From an uncultured Candidatus Saccharibacteria bacterium (lineage in GTDB: Bacteria; Patescibacteriota; WWE3; UBA101185; UBA10185): 55,347 bases of DNA. Shown here in pieces: positions 47,171 through 55,347 of this stretch. A program made the position numbers and the translations under genes. The first letter of the stretch is position 1. Each line of letters opens with the position of its first letter. The stretch is from positions 1 to 55,347 of the forward strand of contig CAZXUJ010000005.1 of the NCBI GenBank assembly GCA_964643995.1. Direction: 5' to 3'. The notes beneath the pieces are model-generated. The model did no database searches, was not told the DNA's origin, and saw nothing but the letters and a program-made list of their open reading frames with translations.

Positions 47171-48292
47171 ATGGTGGGGCTTATGCAAAACTTATCAGCT
47201 ACAGCACAAAAAGGCCGTCAAACTATTAAAGAATTTCAAACTCTTTTTGAACCACACATAGAGGAATACTTTGAAAAACAACTGAATAGAATTGAAGATG
47301 AATTTGATAATGGATATTCGAGATACTGTATCGAAATATATAAGGAAATATGTACACGTAAAGCAAAAAGATTAAGAGCATCATTTATATACTATGTTTA
47401 CAAAATGTTTAACGGTCCAAACAATAATACTGCGATAGATATGGGAATTATCATTGAACTTATGCATGCTAATTGGTTGATAATTGATGACTTCATGGAT
47501 TTATCAGATACACGACGTGGGGGTGCTGCGGCACATAAAATCTTAGCACAATATCACAAAGAGCATCACTTTAAAAATCTTGACTCTGATCATTTTGGAG
47601 ATGCATTAGCCGTAAACATCGGGGTAACTGGAATATTTATGGCAACAAACTTGTTACTAGGACTTGATCTAGAAAACGGCATTATCAAAGAGCTAGCAAA
47701 AAACATTTCTCAAAAGATGGAAATTACCGCGCATGGTCAAATAACTGATGTGTTCAATGCTGTTGGTGTACAAGTATCGGAAGAGAATGTACTAAAAATG
47801 CTCAAATGGAAAACTGGAGTCTACACATACGAAAATCCCATACACATTGGGGCTATTCTCGCGGGAGCCACCGATAAAGATTTAAATAAACTTTCTGAGT
47901 ACGCAATCCCCGGGGGAATATCATTTCAGATTCAAGATGATATCCTGGGCATGTTTGGGAATTCAGAAATCATGGGTAAATCAGCAATGGATGATCTTAG
48001 AGAGGGTAAATACACCTTGTTAGTTCATAAAGCTCTCGAGAATGCGAACCAAAAACAAAGAGAAATCCTAGATAAAAATATTGGAAACAGAAATTTAACA
48101 AGTGAAGATCACGAGTTGGTAAAAAAAATTATTGAAGATACAGGATCATTGGATTATTCCAAACAAAAAGCAAAAGAGTTAGTAGAACAGGCAAAGCAGT
48201 CGCTGGTGAAAAACTATGATCCAAAATGGAATCAAGAAGGACTAGACTTTTTAAACAATATTGCAGATTATGTAATTGAACGAGAAAATTGA
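47171..48292 (+). CDS. polyprenyl diphosphate synthase
   Basis: First Asp-rich motif IIDDFMDLSDTRRG and second motif FQIQDDILG. The ORF track begins at an upstream TTG (47138). Confidence 0.85.
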   Translation: MVGLMQNLSATAQKGRQTIKEFQTLFEPHIEEYFEKQLNRIEDEFDNGYSRYCIEIYKEICTRKAKRLRASFIYYVYKMFNGPNNNTAIDMGIIIELMHANWLIIDDFMDLSDTRRGGAAAHKILAQYHKEHHFKNLDSDHFGDALAVNIGVTGIFMATNLLLGLDLENGIIKELAKNISQKMEITAHGQITDVFNAVGVQVSEENVLKMLKWKTGVYTYENPIHIGAILAGATDKDLNKLSEYAIPGGISFQIQDDILGMFGNSEIMGKSAMDDLREGKYTLLVHKALENANQKQREILDKNIGNRNLTSEDHELVKKIIEDTGSLDYSKQKAKELVEQAKQSLVKNYDPKWNQEGLDFLNNIADYVIEREN

Positions 48293-48330
48293 TTGACGCG
48301 ATGATTACATCGCTACCTTTTCTTCGAAAA

Positions 48331-48663
48331 TTAGGAAAGTTTATTTAGAAACGAACCGACAAAAGAAACTATAACACTGAATAAAAATGCCGATAAAACG
48401 GTACCAATCTCAAAACCAGGAACAACATAATCAACTAACATAACCAACACAGTGTTTAAAACCAATAAAAATAGCCCCAAAGTTAGTACAGTGATAGGTA
48501 AGGTCAAAACCTTTAAGACAGGTTTTACAAATGTATTTAAAACCCCAAGAACTATAGCCACAACAAAAGCAACTGCCAAACTTTCAACTTTTACATCTGG
48601 AAGCAGGTAGGTAGCAACCAAAACCGCCACGGTGCTTATCATAAGATTAAGTATTATTGCCAT
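48331..48663 (-). CDS. phage holin family IV (DUF360)-like membrane protein
   Basis: 110 aa with 3-4 TM helices. The pattern LPDVKVES...AIVLGVLNTFVKPVLKVLTLPITVLTLGLF is typical of DUF360. Confidence 0.6.
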   Translation of the reverse strand: MAIILNLMISTVAVLVATYLLPDVKVESLAVAFVVAIVLGVLNTFVKPVLKVLTLPITVLTLGLFLLVLNTVLVMLVDYVVPGFEIGTVLSAFLFSVIVSFVGSFLNKLS

Positions 48664-48725
48664 GCTTTAATATTAGTTAGTTCTAGCAACATGTCAACTT
48701 CACCCACTAGTGTTATATTTAAACT

Positions 48726-49559
48726 ATGTACATAAGTATCGATCTGGGCGGAACTAACACTCGTGTGGCAGCTTCAAAAGACCTTAGAAGTATAGAGAAG
48801 GTTGAGAGATTTAGCACACAAAACAGTCTGGAGGCACAACGAAATAGAATTACTCAAGCGATACATAACGTTACAAGATACACTCCTAAAATTATCAGTA
48901 TTGGTGCGCCGGGGTTAATAGATCAAAACAATCAAAAGTTTGGAAATATAGTAAATGTCCCCTACCTAAACAATTTGGAATTTAATCAATTATTATCAGA
49001 GGAATATAAAAATTTAGAGTTTTTGGGAGCAAATGATGCAGCACTAGGAGGGCTTGGTGAGGCAGTTTTTGGGGCAGGGAAAGACTTTAACTCTATTGCT
49101 TATTTAACAATAAGCACAGGCGTCGGCGGTGTACGTATTGCAGGAAAAAAGCTAGATCTGCAACAACCCTACTGGGAACCTGGACATCATATTATTGATG
49201 TTGGTGGAGCTGTAGATACAAAAGTGCACATGTATGGAACGTTTGAAGCATACGTATCGGGGCAGGCGTTTCAGCGTAATTATGGAAAAACACCACAAGA
49301 TTGTAGCGACCCTGAAATATGGCAGGATTATGGACAAAAGTTAGCCAATGGGCTCATTAATGTTTGTGCTTTTTGGGCGCCGGAGTGCATAGTCATTGGG
49401 GGTGGGATAGCCAACAAGTTTGATGCATTTATAGAGTCTGCAAAAACGCACTTTTCGAAACAGGACTTCTTTCCAATACCAGAAATCAAAAAGACAGAAC
49501 TCGGTGACAATTCAGGTATATACGGAGGACTGGCACTCATACAACAGCTAAAGTTTTAA
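48726..49559 (+). CDS. ROK-family sugar kinase
   Basis: N-terminal ISIDLGGTNTRVA (ATPase phosphate-1 motif), then TISTGVGGV. No N-terminal wHTH, so a kinase rather than a repressor. Confidence 0.8.
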   Translation: MYISIDLGGTNTRVAASKDLRSIEKVERFSTQNSLEAQRNRITQAIHNVTRYTPKIISIGAPGLIDQNNQKFGNIVNVPYLNNLEFNQLLSEEYKNLEFLGANDAALGGLGEAVFGAGKDFNSIAYLTISTGVGGVRIAGKKLDLQQPYWEPGHHIIDVGGAVDTKVHMYGTFEAYVSGQAFQRNYGKTPQDCSDPEIWQDYGQKLANGLINVCAFWAPECIVIGGGIANKFDAFIESAKTHFSKQDFFPIPEIKKTELGDNSGIYGGLALIQQLKF

Positions 49560-49562
49560 AAA

Positions 49563-49578
49563 TCGCACAATTGTGCGA
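49563..49578. promoter_or_regulatory. perfect 16-bp palindrome
   Basis: TCGCACAATTGTGCGA lies between the ROK stop (49559) and the next start (49589). Confidence 0.35.
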
Positions 49579-49588
49579 AAATAGTATC

Positions 49589-50155
49589 ATGGTAGATCTT
49601 TTGCTTAGGTCCAGTTTTAAGGATCCAGTTAACTGTAAAATCGAAGGTGAAGATGCAGATGAAAAAATACTTTATATTTTTCGTCGGGCATTTATTACTA
49701 ACTTGGACTGGATTTTCATTGTAATATTACTTTTTCTGACACCAATTGTTGCGAACACTATTTTGTTGGCCGCGGGAGGGAGTGCCAGAGAACTGATTTC
49801 GCCTTTTTTCGCATTTTCACTAAATGTATTCTGGTATTTGTTTGTTTTTGGCTTTGCGTTTCAAAACTTTATAAATTGGTTCTTCAATCTCTACGTTATA
49901 ACAAGCAAAAGAATAATGGATCTGGATTTTGTAGGGCTACTTCATAAAAACATTTCAGAAACATCACTACATAACATCGAGGATGTAACCTCCACAGTAA
50001 GCGGTGCTCTTAGAATTACCTTTAACTACGGGAGTGTTTTCATACAAACTGCAGGAGAAACACGTGAGTTTGAGTTTACGGACGTTGCCAATCCTTCTAA
50101 AGTACGCGACATTTTGTCCGATATTGTAGTAAGTATTAAGAAAGGAGACGCATAA
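49589..50155 (+). CDS. membrane protein with a bacterial PH-like domain
   Basis: Two TM helices, then VITSKRIMDLDFVGL...GSVFIQTAGETREFEFTDVANPSKV (bPH_2-like). The ORF track starts at 49571 on a non-ATG codon. Confidence 0.5.
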   Translation: MVDLLLRSSFKDPVNCKIEGEDADEKILYIFRRAFITNLDWIFIVILLFLTPIVANTILLAAGGSARELISPFFAFSLNVFWYLFVFGFAFQNFINWFFNLYVITSKRIMDLDFVGLLHKNISETSLHNIEDVTSTVSGALRITFNYGSVFIQTAGETREFEFTDVANPSKVRDILSDIVVSIKKGDA

Positions 50156-50160
50156 TCCAA

Positions 50161-50397
50161 ATGGCTGAAACACTACTAACCAATTTATTCACACTTGATG
50201 GCTTTACCCAGCTCATAAAGTACCTCATTCTTTTTGGTGAATTAATATATCTGGTTTTTGCCTTTTTGGTCACTAGACAAGTGAGCCTAATGAACAAAAG
50301 CTTTCATACCGGAGTAGCAGGTTTGTTTTCACTCGTAGCACTGATCCACATGCTAGCAACTATCATGATGATACTGATTTCAGTTTCACTTCTATAA
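50161..50397 (+). CDS. small membrane protein
   Basis: 78 aa with two hydrophobic helices. Tightly packed between neighbouring genes. Confidence 0.45.
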   Translation: MAETLLTNLFTLDGFTQLIKYLILFGELIYLVFAFLVTRQVSLMNKSFHTGVAGLFSLVALIHMLATIMMILISVSLL

Positions 50398-50403
50398 GAC
50401 CGT

Positions 50404-52158
50404 ATGGAAAAGAAATTAGCAACAAAAATACAAAAAATTCTGCCTACGATACCCGATATATCTCAAAATGTTGCCAAGGCAATGGTTATAGAACCAGACG
50501 ATGAAATTACCCTAGAGAAAAAAGGCACAATCTACACCATATTTGACATATCAGCGAAAAAAGAACTTGATACTTTATTGGTTACAAAAGTCGTAAATGA
50601 TGTTTTACACGATGCTTACTACCAGTCCGAAAGTGTATCACCAATACAATCTATAGAGAAAGCGGTTTTAAAGCTGAGAGACAACATAACACAGCTTGCA
50701 CGCGAGGGAACTACCTCAGACCCATTAGTATCTTTCAATATCGGGACTACAATACTGTGGGGAAATACTCTGTATATTGTTCAATACGGCAACACTCCTA
50801 CTTTTTTGATGAGAGATGGAGAAGTCAAACCAATAAGCTCAGCTTCCGAAGGCAACTTTTCGGTAGCTTCGGGTGTCGTAAAAGATAATGATGTGATAAT
50901 TCTTGCTACAGAAAATTTTGCTAAGCGATTTCCACCGGAAAAACTAATAAATTCATCCGAGCTGCTGATGGACGAACTAGATGCTTTAGAGGCTGGCATC
51001 ATGATGAGATTTAATGTGGTTAAAACCTTTTCTAAAGACGAAATAGTAGATTTTGGAGCTAGACCACCAGAGGAACAGGTTGGCGAAAAACAACCTACTA
51101 ACAGGAAAAGGTTCAAAGAAAGTCTAAAACTACAAAGGATTAAAAAAGGGTTCAAAAATGTAACTACACATGAGCAAAACAATAGACGATTTGTTCCGAT
51201 TATCAGCTTACTGATTGTTTTAAGTGTGTTTGGCGTGGCATTGGCAATTTATAAGTCTCAAAACAAAATCTCAAAAAGTAACGAGCCACAACAGAAAGAT
51301 GTACTTGTAGAAGATAATAACCTACAAGAAAATCAGGGCAATGTCGAGGTTATCAATGAGGAGCAAGATCGCATAAACAGAGTGGTAAGAACTGAACCAA
51401 GAGTATTTTACGATTTACGCATCACTAATCAAACAGCCCACCCGGAATCACTCATAGTGATTGGAAATAAACTGATAGCAGGCGATAACACAAATAACAA
51501 GCTTTATACATCAGACATTAACACACCTAAGTTCAGTGAGATTCAAATTACACTTAGTGGATTAAAGGCTGTCACGAAATATGCAGGCAACCTAGCTGTT
51601 GTAGATAACATGGGATTCAAAGTAATTAACCCTACAGATTTTGTTGTTACTGAAACTTATGATGCACCTAAATATAGTAAAGTAGCTACATATCTAGATT
51701 TTATATACGCAATTGATGCAAGCACTATATATAGATATGCAAAGAATGGAAACGTTATAGAAGAATCGCCATGGTCCAGAAACGACGTGTTACAAGGTGC
51801 TAAGTCGTTTGCAGTAAACGTAAGCATTTATGTTTTAAGTACAGATAACAGCCTCTTAAAGTTCACTACTGGAGAACTGGTAGATTTTACGGTCGAAGGT
51901 CTGGACACGCCTATAAACAATGCATCAAAAATACTGGCGTCACCTGATCTAGTTAACATGTATATAGCCGACAGTGGAAACCAACGGGTAGTTGTGCTAA
52001 ACGAGGAAGGGGTGTTAGTTAAACAATACAAGCTGAACGTTGCAGGCCTATGGAACAACATAAAAGATATAGCAGTCAATGAGGACGAAACTATGATATA
52101 TGTTCTTGATGATACAAAAGTTTATGAAGTAGCTATAGAACTACCCAAAACACAATAA
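50404..52158 (+). CDS. membrane protein with an N-terminal PP2C-like (degenerate) domain and a C-terminal beta-propeller/NHL-like domain
   Basis: GTTILWGNTLYIVQYGNTPTFLMRDGEVKPIS parallels the PP2C GxxxvAnvGDSRxyl segment, with GDS replaced by GNT. Central TM helix. The C-terminal repeats include ADSGNQRVVVLNEEGVLVKQY. Confidence 0.45.
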   Translation: MEKKLATKIQKILPTIPDISQNVAKAMVIEPDDEITLEKKGTIYTIFDISAKKELDTLLVTKVVNDVLHDAYYQSESVSPIQSIEKAVLKLRDNITQLAREGTTSDPLVSFNIGTTILWGNTLYIVQYGNTPTFLMRDGEVKPISSASEGNFSVASGVVKDNDVIILATENFAKRFPPEKLINSSELLMDELDALEAGIMMRFNVVKTFSKDEIVDFGARPPEEQVGEKQPTNRKRFKESLKLQRIKKGFKNVTTHEQNNRRFVPIISLLIVLSVFGVALAIYKSQNKISKSNEPQQKDVLVEDNNLQENQGNVEVINEEQDRINRVVRTEPRVFYDLRITNQTAHPESLIVIGNKLIAGDNTNNKLYTSDINTPKFSEIQITLSGLKAVTKYAGNLAVVDNMGFKVINPTDFVVTETYDAPKYSKVATYLDFIYAIDASTIYRYAKNGNVIEESPWSRNDVLQGAKSFAVNVSIYVLSTDNSLLKFTTGELVDFTVEGLDTPINNASKILASPDLVNMYIADSGNQRVVVLNEEGVLVKQYKLNVAGLWNNIKDIAVNEDETMIYVLDDTKVYEVAIELPKTQ

Positions 52159-52162
52159 CCCA

Positions 52163-52621
52163 ATGTTGTTAGTAAAAAACAAAAAAGCCACATGGAACTA
52201 TGATATTATCGAAAAATTTATGGCAGGAATAGTTCTTAAAGGATACGAGACAAAAGCACTTAGGGAGGGCAACGGGAGTTTTGAGGGTTCCTACATAAAA
52301 ATGGAGGACAATGTACCTATTCTTGTTAACGCGAACATTGGAAAGTATTCCAAGCAAAGCCAAGATATTGAAAAAACAGATCCAAAACGGGACAGAAGAT
52401 TGCTACTAAACAAAAACGAAATACGTAAAATCCAAAAAGCATTAGAAGAAAAAGGCAAAACCGCGGTGCCACTAGCATTTCTTTTGCAACACAACCTCAT
52501 AAAACTTGAGCTTGCTATAGTTAAAGGTCAAAAAGAATATGAAAAAAAACACGTCGCAAAAGAAAAACAAATCAAGAAAGACCTTGATAAATTTAACTCC
52601 CTGATACGACGAAGTATCTAG
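52163..52621 (+). CDS. smpB: SsrA-binding protein SmpB
   Basis: NKKATWNYDIIEKFMAGIVLKGYE...ALREG...SYI and a basic C-terminal tail. Located directly upstream of tmRNA. Confidence 0.9.
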   Translation: MLLVKNKKATWNYDIIEKFMAGIVLKGYETKALREGNGSFEGSYIKMEDNVPILVNANIGKYSKQSQDIEKTDPKRDRRLLLNKNEIRKIQKALEEKGKTAVPLAFLLQHNLIKLELAIVKGQKEYEKKHVAKEKQIKKDLDKFNSLIRRSI

Positions 52622-52652
52622 ATTATGCTAGAATACCAATGTTAAGCGCTAT

Positions 52653-53054
52653 GGGGATGACATGGATTTGATTGGATGTATCGGGTATGAGAGCAAGCCG
52701 AAGACGATATGACCTTCGTAAAAAACATAACAAAATTAATTGCAGAAGATGAATATGCTTATGCAACACCTGCTTTGGTAGGTGCTTTTGCTTAAATCTA
52801 AAAAATTCTAAGCAAGGTTTCATGTTTTTTACTCGGGAGGAACATAGAAGCCATATAAATCCGAGGTGAGGTTATGTAACGTGGTTAACTACAGTGCCAA
52901 GAGATTTAATCTCAAAAGCTCCTAGAGCATAACCTTTGGGAGGATCATAAGGGTCGCTGATTTCCTTACCTTTCGAGAGAAATATTAGCTAAGCTTGTAC
53001 ACTTTTATATTGCGAACGTTCAAGACGCGAGTTCGATTCTCGCCATCTCCACCA
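52653..53054 (+). ncRNA. ssrA: tmRNA (ssrA)
   Basis: The 5' GGGGATG pairs with the 3' CATCTCC (G3-U70). The 3' tRNA-like end is GCGAG-TTCGATT-CTCGC-CATCTCC-A-CCA. The internal tag frame GCAGAAGATGAATATGCTTATGCAACACCTGCTTTGGTAGGTGCTTTTGCTTAA (52742-52795) encodes AEDEYAYATPALVGAFA. Confidence 0.9.
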
Positions 53055-53079
53055 TGAAATAGATGAATCCTAAATAAAT

Positions 53080-53155
53080 GGGCCTGTAGCTCAGTTGGTA
53101 GAGCGTTGCATTCGCATTGCAGAGATCAGGGGTTCGATTCCCCTCAGGTCCACCA
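53080..53155 (+). tRNA. tRNA-Ala (anticodon CGC)
   Basis: GGGCCTG/CAGGTCC acceptor with the G3-U70 identity pair, anticodon loop TTCGCAT, T arm AGGGG-TTCGATT-CCCCT, encoded CCA. Confidence 0.92.
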
Positions 53156-53228
53156 TTGACCTTAGGTTTTGTACGGATTTCTTACAATTTACTAAATCGG
53201 TATTGTTCTAGGCAGTACTACTGACCTA

Positions 53229-54572
53229 TTATTGTTTGTTTGACGTCCAAGACACCCCTTGTTGTTTATTAGAAATATCGGGGACCGCCTCGTCGTATAT
53301 AAAGGCCCTAACAGCTGGAAGATCTTGTACATCTCGTATTAACTTAAGCAAATGGGTTGGTCCTCCAGCTAAAGCATCCTGGAACCTTGCCGCCACAACT
53401 AATGCCACGTATCTTCCAATAGGTTCAGTGTTGTATGGGTCGCCAGGAAATATTTCATCGGCGGCACGTGCATGACTACGCCAATTAGCCATCTGTCTTA
53501 TTGCTTGTTTCCAGTCTCTAGGAGTTCGGTTAAGGTGTGTAATTTGGCCTACTGATACTGCTACATCTTCTAATTCTTGACCTCGTGCTTTAGCATCTGC
53601 GCGCAGTAGCTTAGTCAACATATAATCTTCTACTCCCATACTTGGTGTGTGTCTACTTATGGCAACCATACCTGCTGAATAAGGTGCTGGTCTTGCCATT
53701 AGCGCGCCTCCTGGCAAAGTTACAAATTTATCAGCACTGTTAGTTGCTTCATATCCTTTTTGCGAAGAACCTACAGGTGTAGCTAGTGGGAGCCCTGTTT
53801 CAGGGTCCATAATTGCAAACTTGTCTTTGGTACCAGCTGCAATTTTACCTCCTCTACTTATTTGGTTGTATAAAACCTTAAGAGGGGGTATTGATCCTTC
53901 TAATCTTTTGTCATTGTATTTTAATATGGTTTCCGCATCCATTTGAAAAACGAAGTCGGGTGAATACCCCTCGTCTATTATTTGCTCACAGAGGAAGTTT
54001 GCAACATCCCTTAGTGCCCTGATCTTCCCTTTATTCAGCTTGTCAAATCCTTGTTCTATATATATAATCCTGTGATCTTTTGAAGATTTCTGAGCATCAG
54101 CGATATTAGCCGGTATTTTCCATGGTGTAGCCGCATCAATTGCCTCTACATTGGGTCGTATGGTGCTTACGTGAGTAATTTCGCCAAATTCTGGGATACT
54201 GTTAATGGTTTCCATCACTTTATTGCCCATTAAGCGACCTACCTCAGGAGTAGCTCCGCCTCCATTATTGGCTACTATTATTACATCAAGTGCCAACCCT
54301 GCTTGTCCAGCTTGTTTAACAAGTTCCGTTATTGAATGTTTGAACATGTGAGCTGTTAATAACGATTCATCCTCTTCATAAAGTGATACAACAACAGTTC
54401 CACGAGGTTTTCTTTCGGTTTCATCTGATAGGTGTGATTCTTTTTTGTTCCTACCCAGCGCGTCCTCTAATACAGCTAAACCATTATGGTATGTATCTAT
54501 AATAGAAGCTCTTAAAGTCTCAGTGCTGTGCTGAGTTTCCCTTTGGCTTATAACACCGTCACTTTCGTGCAT
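53229..54572 (-). CDS. soluble GT-A-fold (family 2-like) glycosyltransferase, tentative
   Basis: 447 aa. VVVSLYEED...DVIIVANNGGG, FQMDAETIL (DxD-like), LPGGALMARP, GVEDYMLTKLL and IRQMANWRSH are reminiscent of GT2 motifs. No TM helices. Confidence 0.4.
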   Translation of the reverse strand: MHESDGVISQRETQHSTETLRASIIDTYHNGLAVLEDALGRNKKESHLSDETERKPRGTVVVSLYEEDESLLTAHMFKHSITELVKQAGQAGLALDVIIVANNGGGATPEVGRLMGNKVMETINSIPEFGEITHVSTIRPNVEAIDAATPWKIPANIADAQKSSKDHRIIYIEQGFDKLNKGKIRALRDVANFLCEQIIDEGYSPDFVFQMDAETILKYNDKRLEGSIPPLKVLYNQISRGGKIAAGTKDKFAIMDPETGLPLATPVGSSQKGYEATNSADKFVTLPGGALMARPAPYSAGMVAISRHTPSMGVEDYMLTKLLRADAKARGQELEDVAVSVGQITHLNRTPRDWKQAIRQMANWRSHARAADEIFPGDPYNTEPIGRYVALVVAARFQDALAGGPTHLLKLIRDVQDLPAVRAFIYDEAVPDISNKQQGVSWTSNKQ

Positions 54573-54701
54573 AGTTAGTTAATTATAAACCAAATTGAAA
54601 GTTCGTTATACTATTTTGAAAATAGGTCGAAATAGCGCTGAGTAAGGGCCACCATAAAACAACGAACGGCCATCGGAAGGTTTAGAGGGTACTATACTCT
54701 T

Positions 54702-55163
54702 CTAGGACGTAAGTGCATCTTTTATGACCTGTTGTAGCAAGTTTAATTCAGCCGCATCCATTTTTGGACCAGATTGCGTTATTAAATATCCTTGATAGTC
54801 TTGAGAAAAGACAGGCTCACTAGGCATTTTCGATTCGTCAAATTTATAAACGTTATGCATAGGATAGAGTTTTGCATGTAAATAAGGCACACCGGTACCT
54901 TCAAAGATGAGAGCTATTTTGGTATTAAAAACTTTTTCTAGAGCTTTTGCGACTATTTTTGTAGCTTTCAAAAGATCGATGTAAACATCATCAGTAACAT
55001 CAAAGACATAATCACCAGGGTTAGTTTTTGGAATAACAATTGTTACACCTGGAGTGTTGGGAAAAGGAGTCAAAAATGCTAAGTGCTTATCATCTTGCCA
55101 AACTTTCCAATTCGGGACTTCGTTACGTAATATTTTATCGAAAATTGTGTCCTGTGATCCCAT
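54702..55163 (-). CDS. HIT-superfamily protein with a degenerate histidine triad
   Basis: IFDKILRNEVP...VWQDDKHLAFLTPFPNTPGVTIVIPK matches the HIT N-terminal half. The triad region reads GVPYLHAKLYPMH, so only the central His is retained. Confidence 0.65.
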   Translation of the reverse strand: MGSQDTIFDKILRNEVPNWKVWQDDKHLAFLTPFPNTPGVTIVIPKTNPGDYVFDVTDDVYIDLLKATKIVAKALEKVFNTKIALIFEGTGVPYLHAKLYPMHNVYKFDESKMPSEPVFSQDYQGYLITQSGPKMDAAELNLLQQVIKDALTS

Positions 55164-55252
55164 AAGAATAGGTTAAGTATAGCAAATGGATATGAAATTC
55201 TTAACACACATGATATACTATAAGTCTTATAATCGATGCAAGGAGAAATGGC

Positions 55253-55347
55253 ATGACAGATAGACCAGATAGAATAGTATACCTAAAGCAAGGAGACCGT
55301 TTCATTTCTGGCGCTTTTTTCAGAATATTTTTGGTATTTTTAATCCT
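55253..55347 (+). CDS. hypothetical protein, partial (runs off the window end)
   Basis: ATG preceded by AAGGAGAAATGGC. The frame is open to the end of the window (MTDRPDRIVYLKQGDRFISGAFFRIFLVFLI). Confidence 0.35.
   Translation, partial: MTDRPDRIVYLKQGDRFISGAFFRIFLVFLI

Noticed and set aside
52623-52823. 66-aa - strand ORF
   Set aside because: It overlaps the 5' third of tmRNA, and the RNA gene explains the sequence.

Overview
This is an AT-rich, gene-dense bacterial window that uses the standard genetic code: several atp genes end in TGA within ATGA overlaps. By inference, the gene content resembles a reduced, fermentative Patescibacteria/CPR-type genome with many small membrane-anchored hypothetical proteins.

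Core content:
- A complete F1Fo ATP synthase operon, atpBEFHAGDC (2928-8883).
- A 2-oxoacid:ferredoxin oxidoreductase plus ADP-forming acetyl-CoA synthetase operon, with an adjacent flavodoxin (41956-47123).
- An FNR-like reductase plus ferredoxin.
- Nth, Tag, PepF, an MscS-family channel, a DsbA-like protein, PrsW, VanW, a NYN protein, a ROK kinase, a polyprenyl synthase and smpB-ssrA.
- A HasA/NodC-like glycosyltransferase plus NodB-type deacetylase exopolysaccharide module (37765-41553).

RNA genes: tRNA-Arg(GCG), tRNA-Glu(CUC), tRNA-Gln(CUG), tRNA-Ala(CGC) and tmRNA.

The most unusual locus starts at tRNA-Gln (27821-31867, possibly extending to about 32605). It is a chain of mostly single-gene units, each closed by a copy of the same 22-53 nt direct repeat, and the copies decay with distance from the tRNA. 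The locus carries a decayed large serine recombinase. Its cargo is enriched in DNA-glycosylase-type genes: UDG-like, HhH-like, and Tag just outside the last clear repeat.

Other notable points:
- A GC-rich patch with a strong SD and a Phe-rich signal or leader peptide, interrupted by in-frame TGA and TAG codons (15380-15724).
- Matched N-terminal truncations of ATP synthase alpha and delta.
- Several decaying genes: a mini-SulP, a frameshifted C39-TPR gene, and an A8 frameshift junction.
- Orphan terminators and candidate small RNAs.

No CRISPR array, rRNA or intact transposase was seen.
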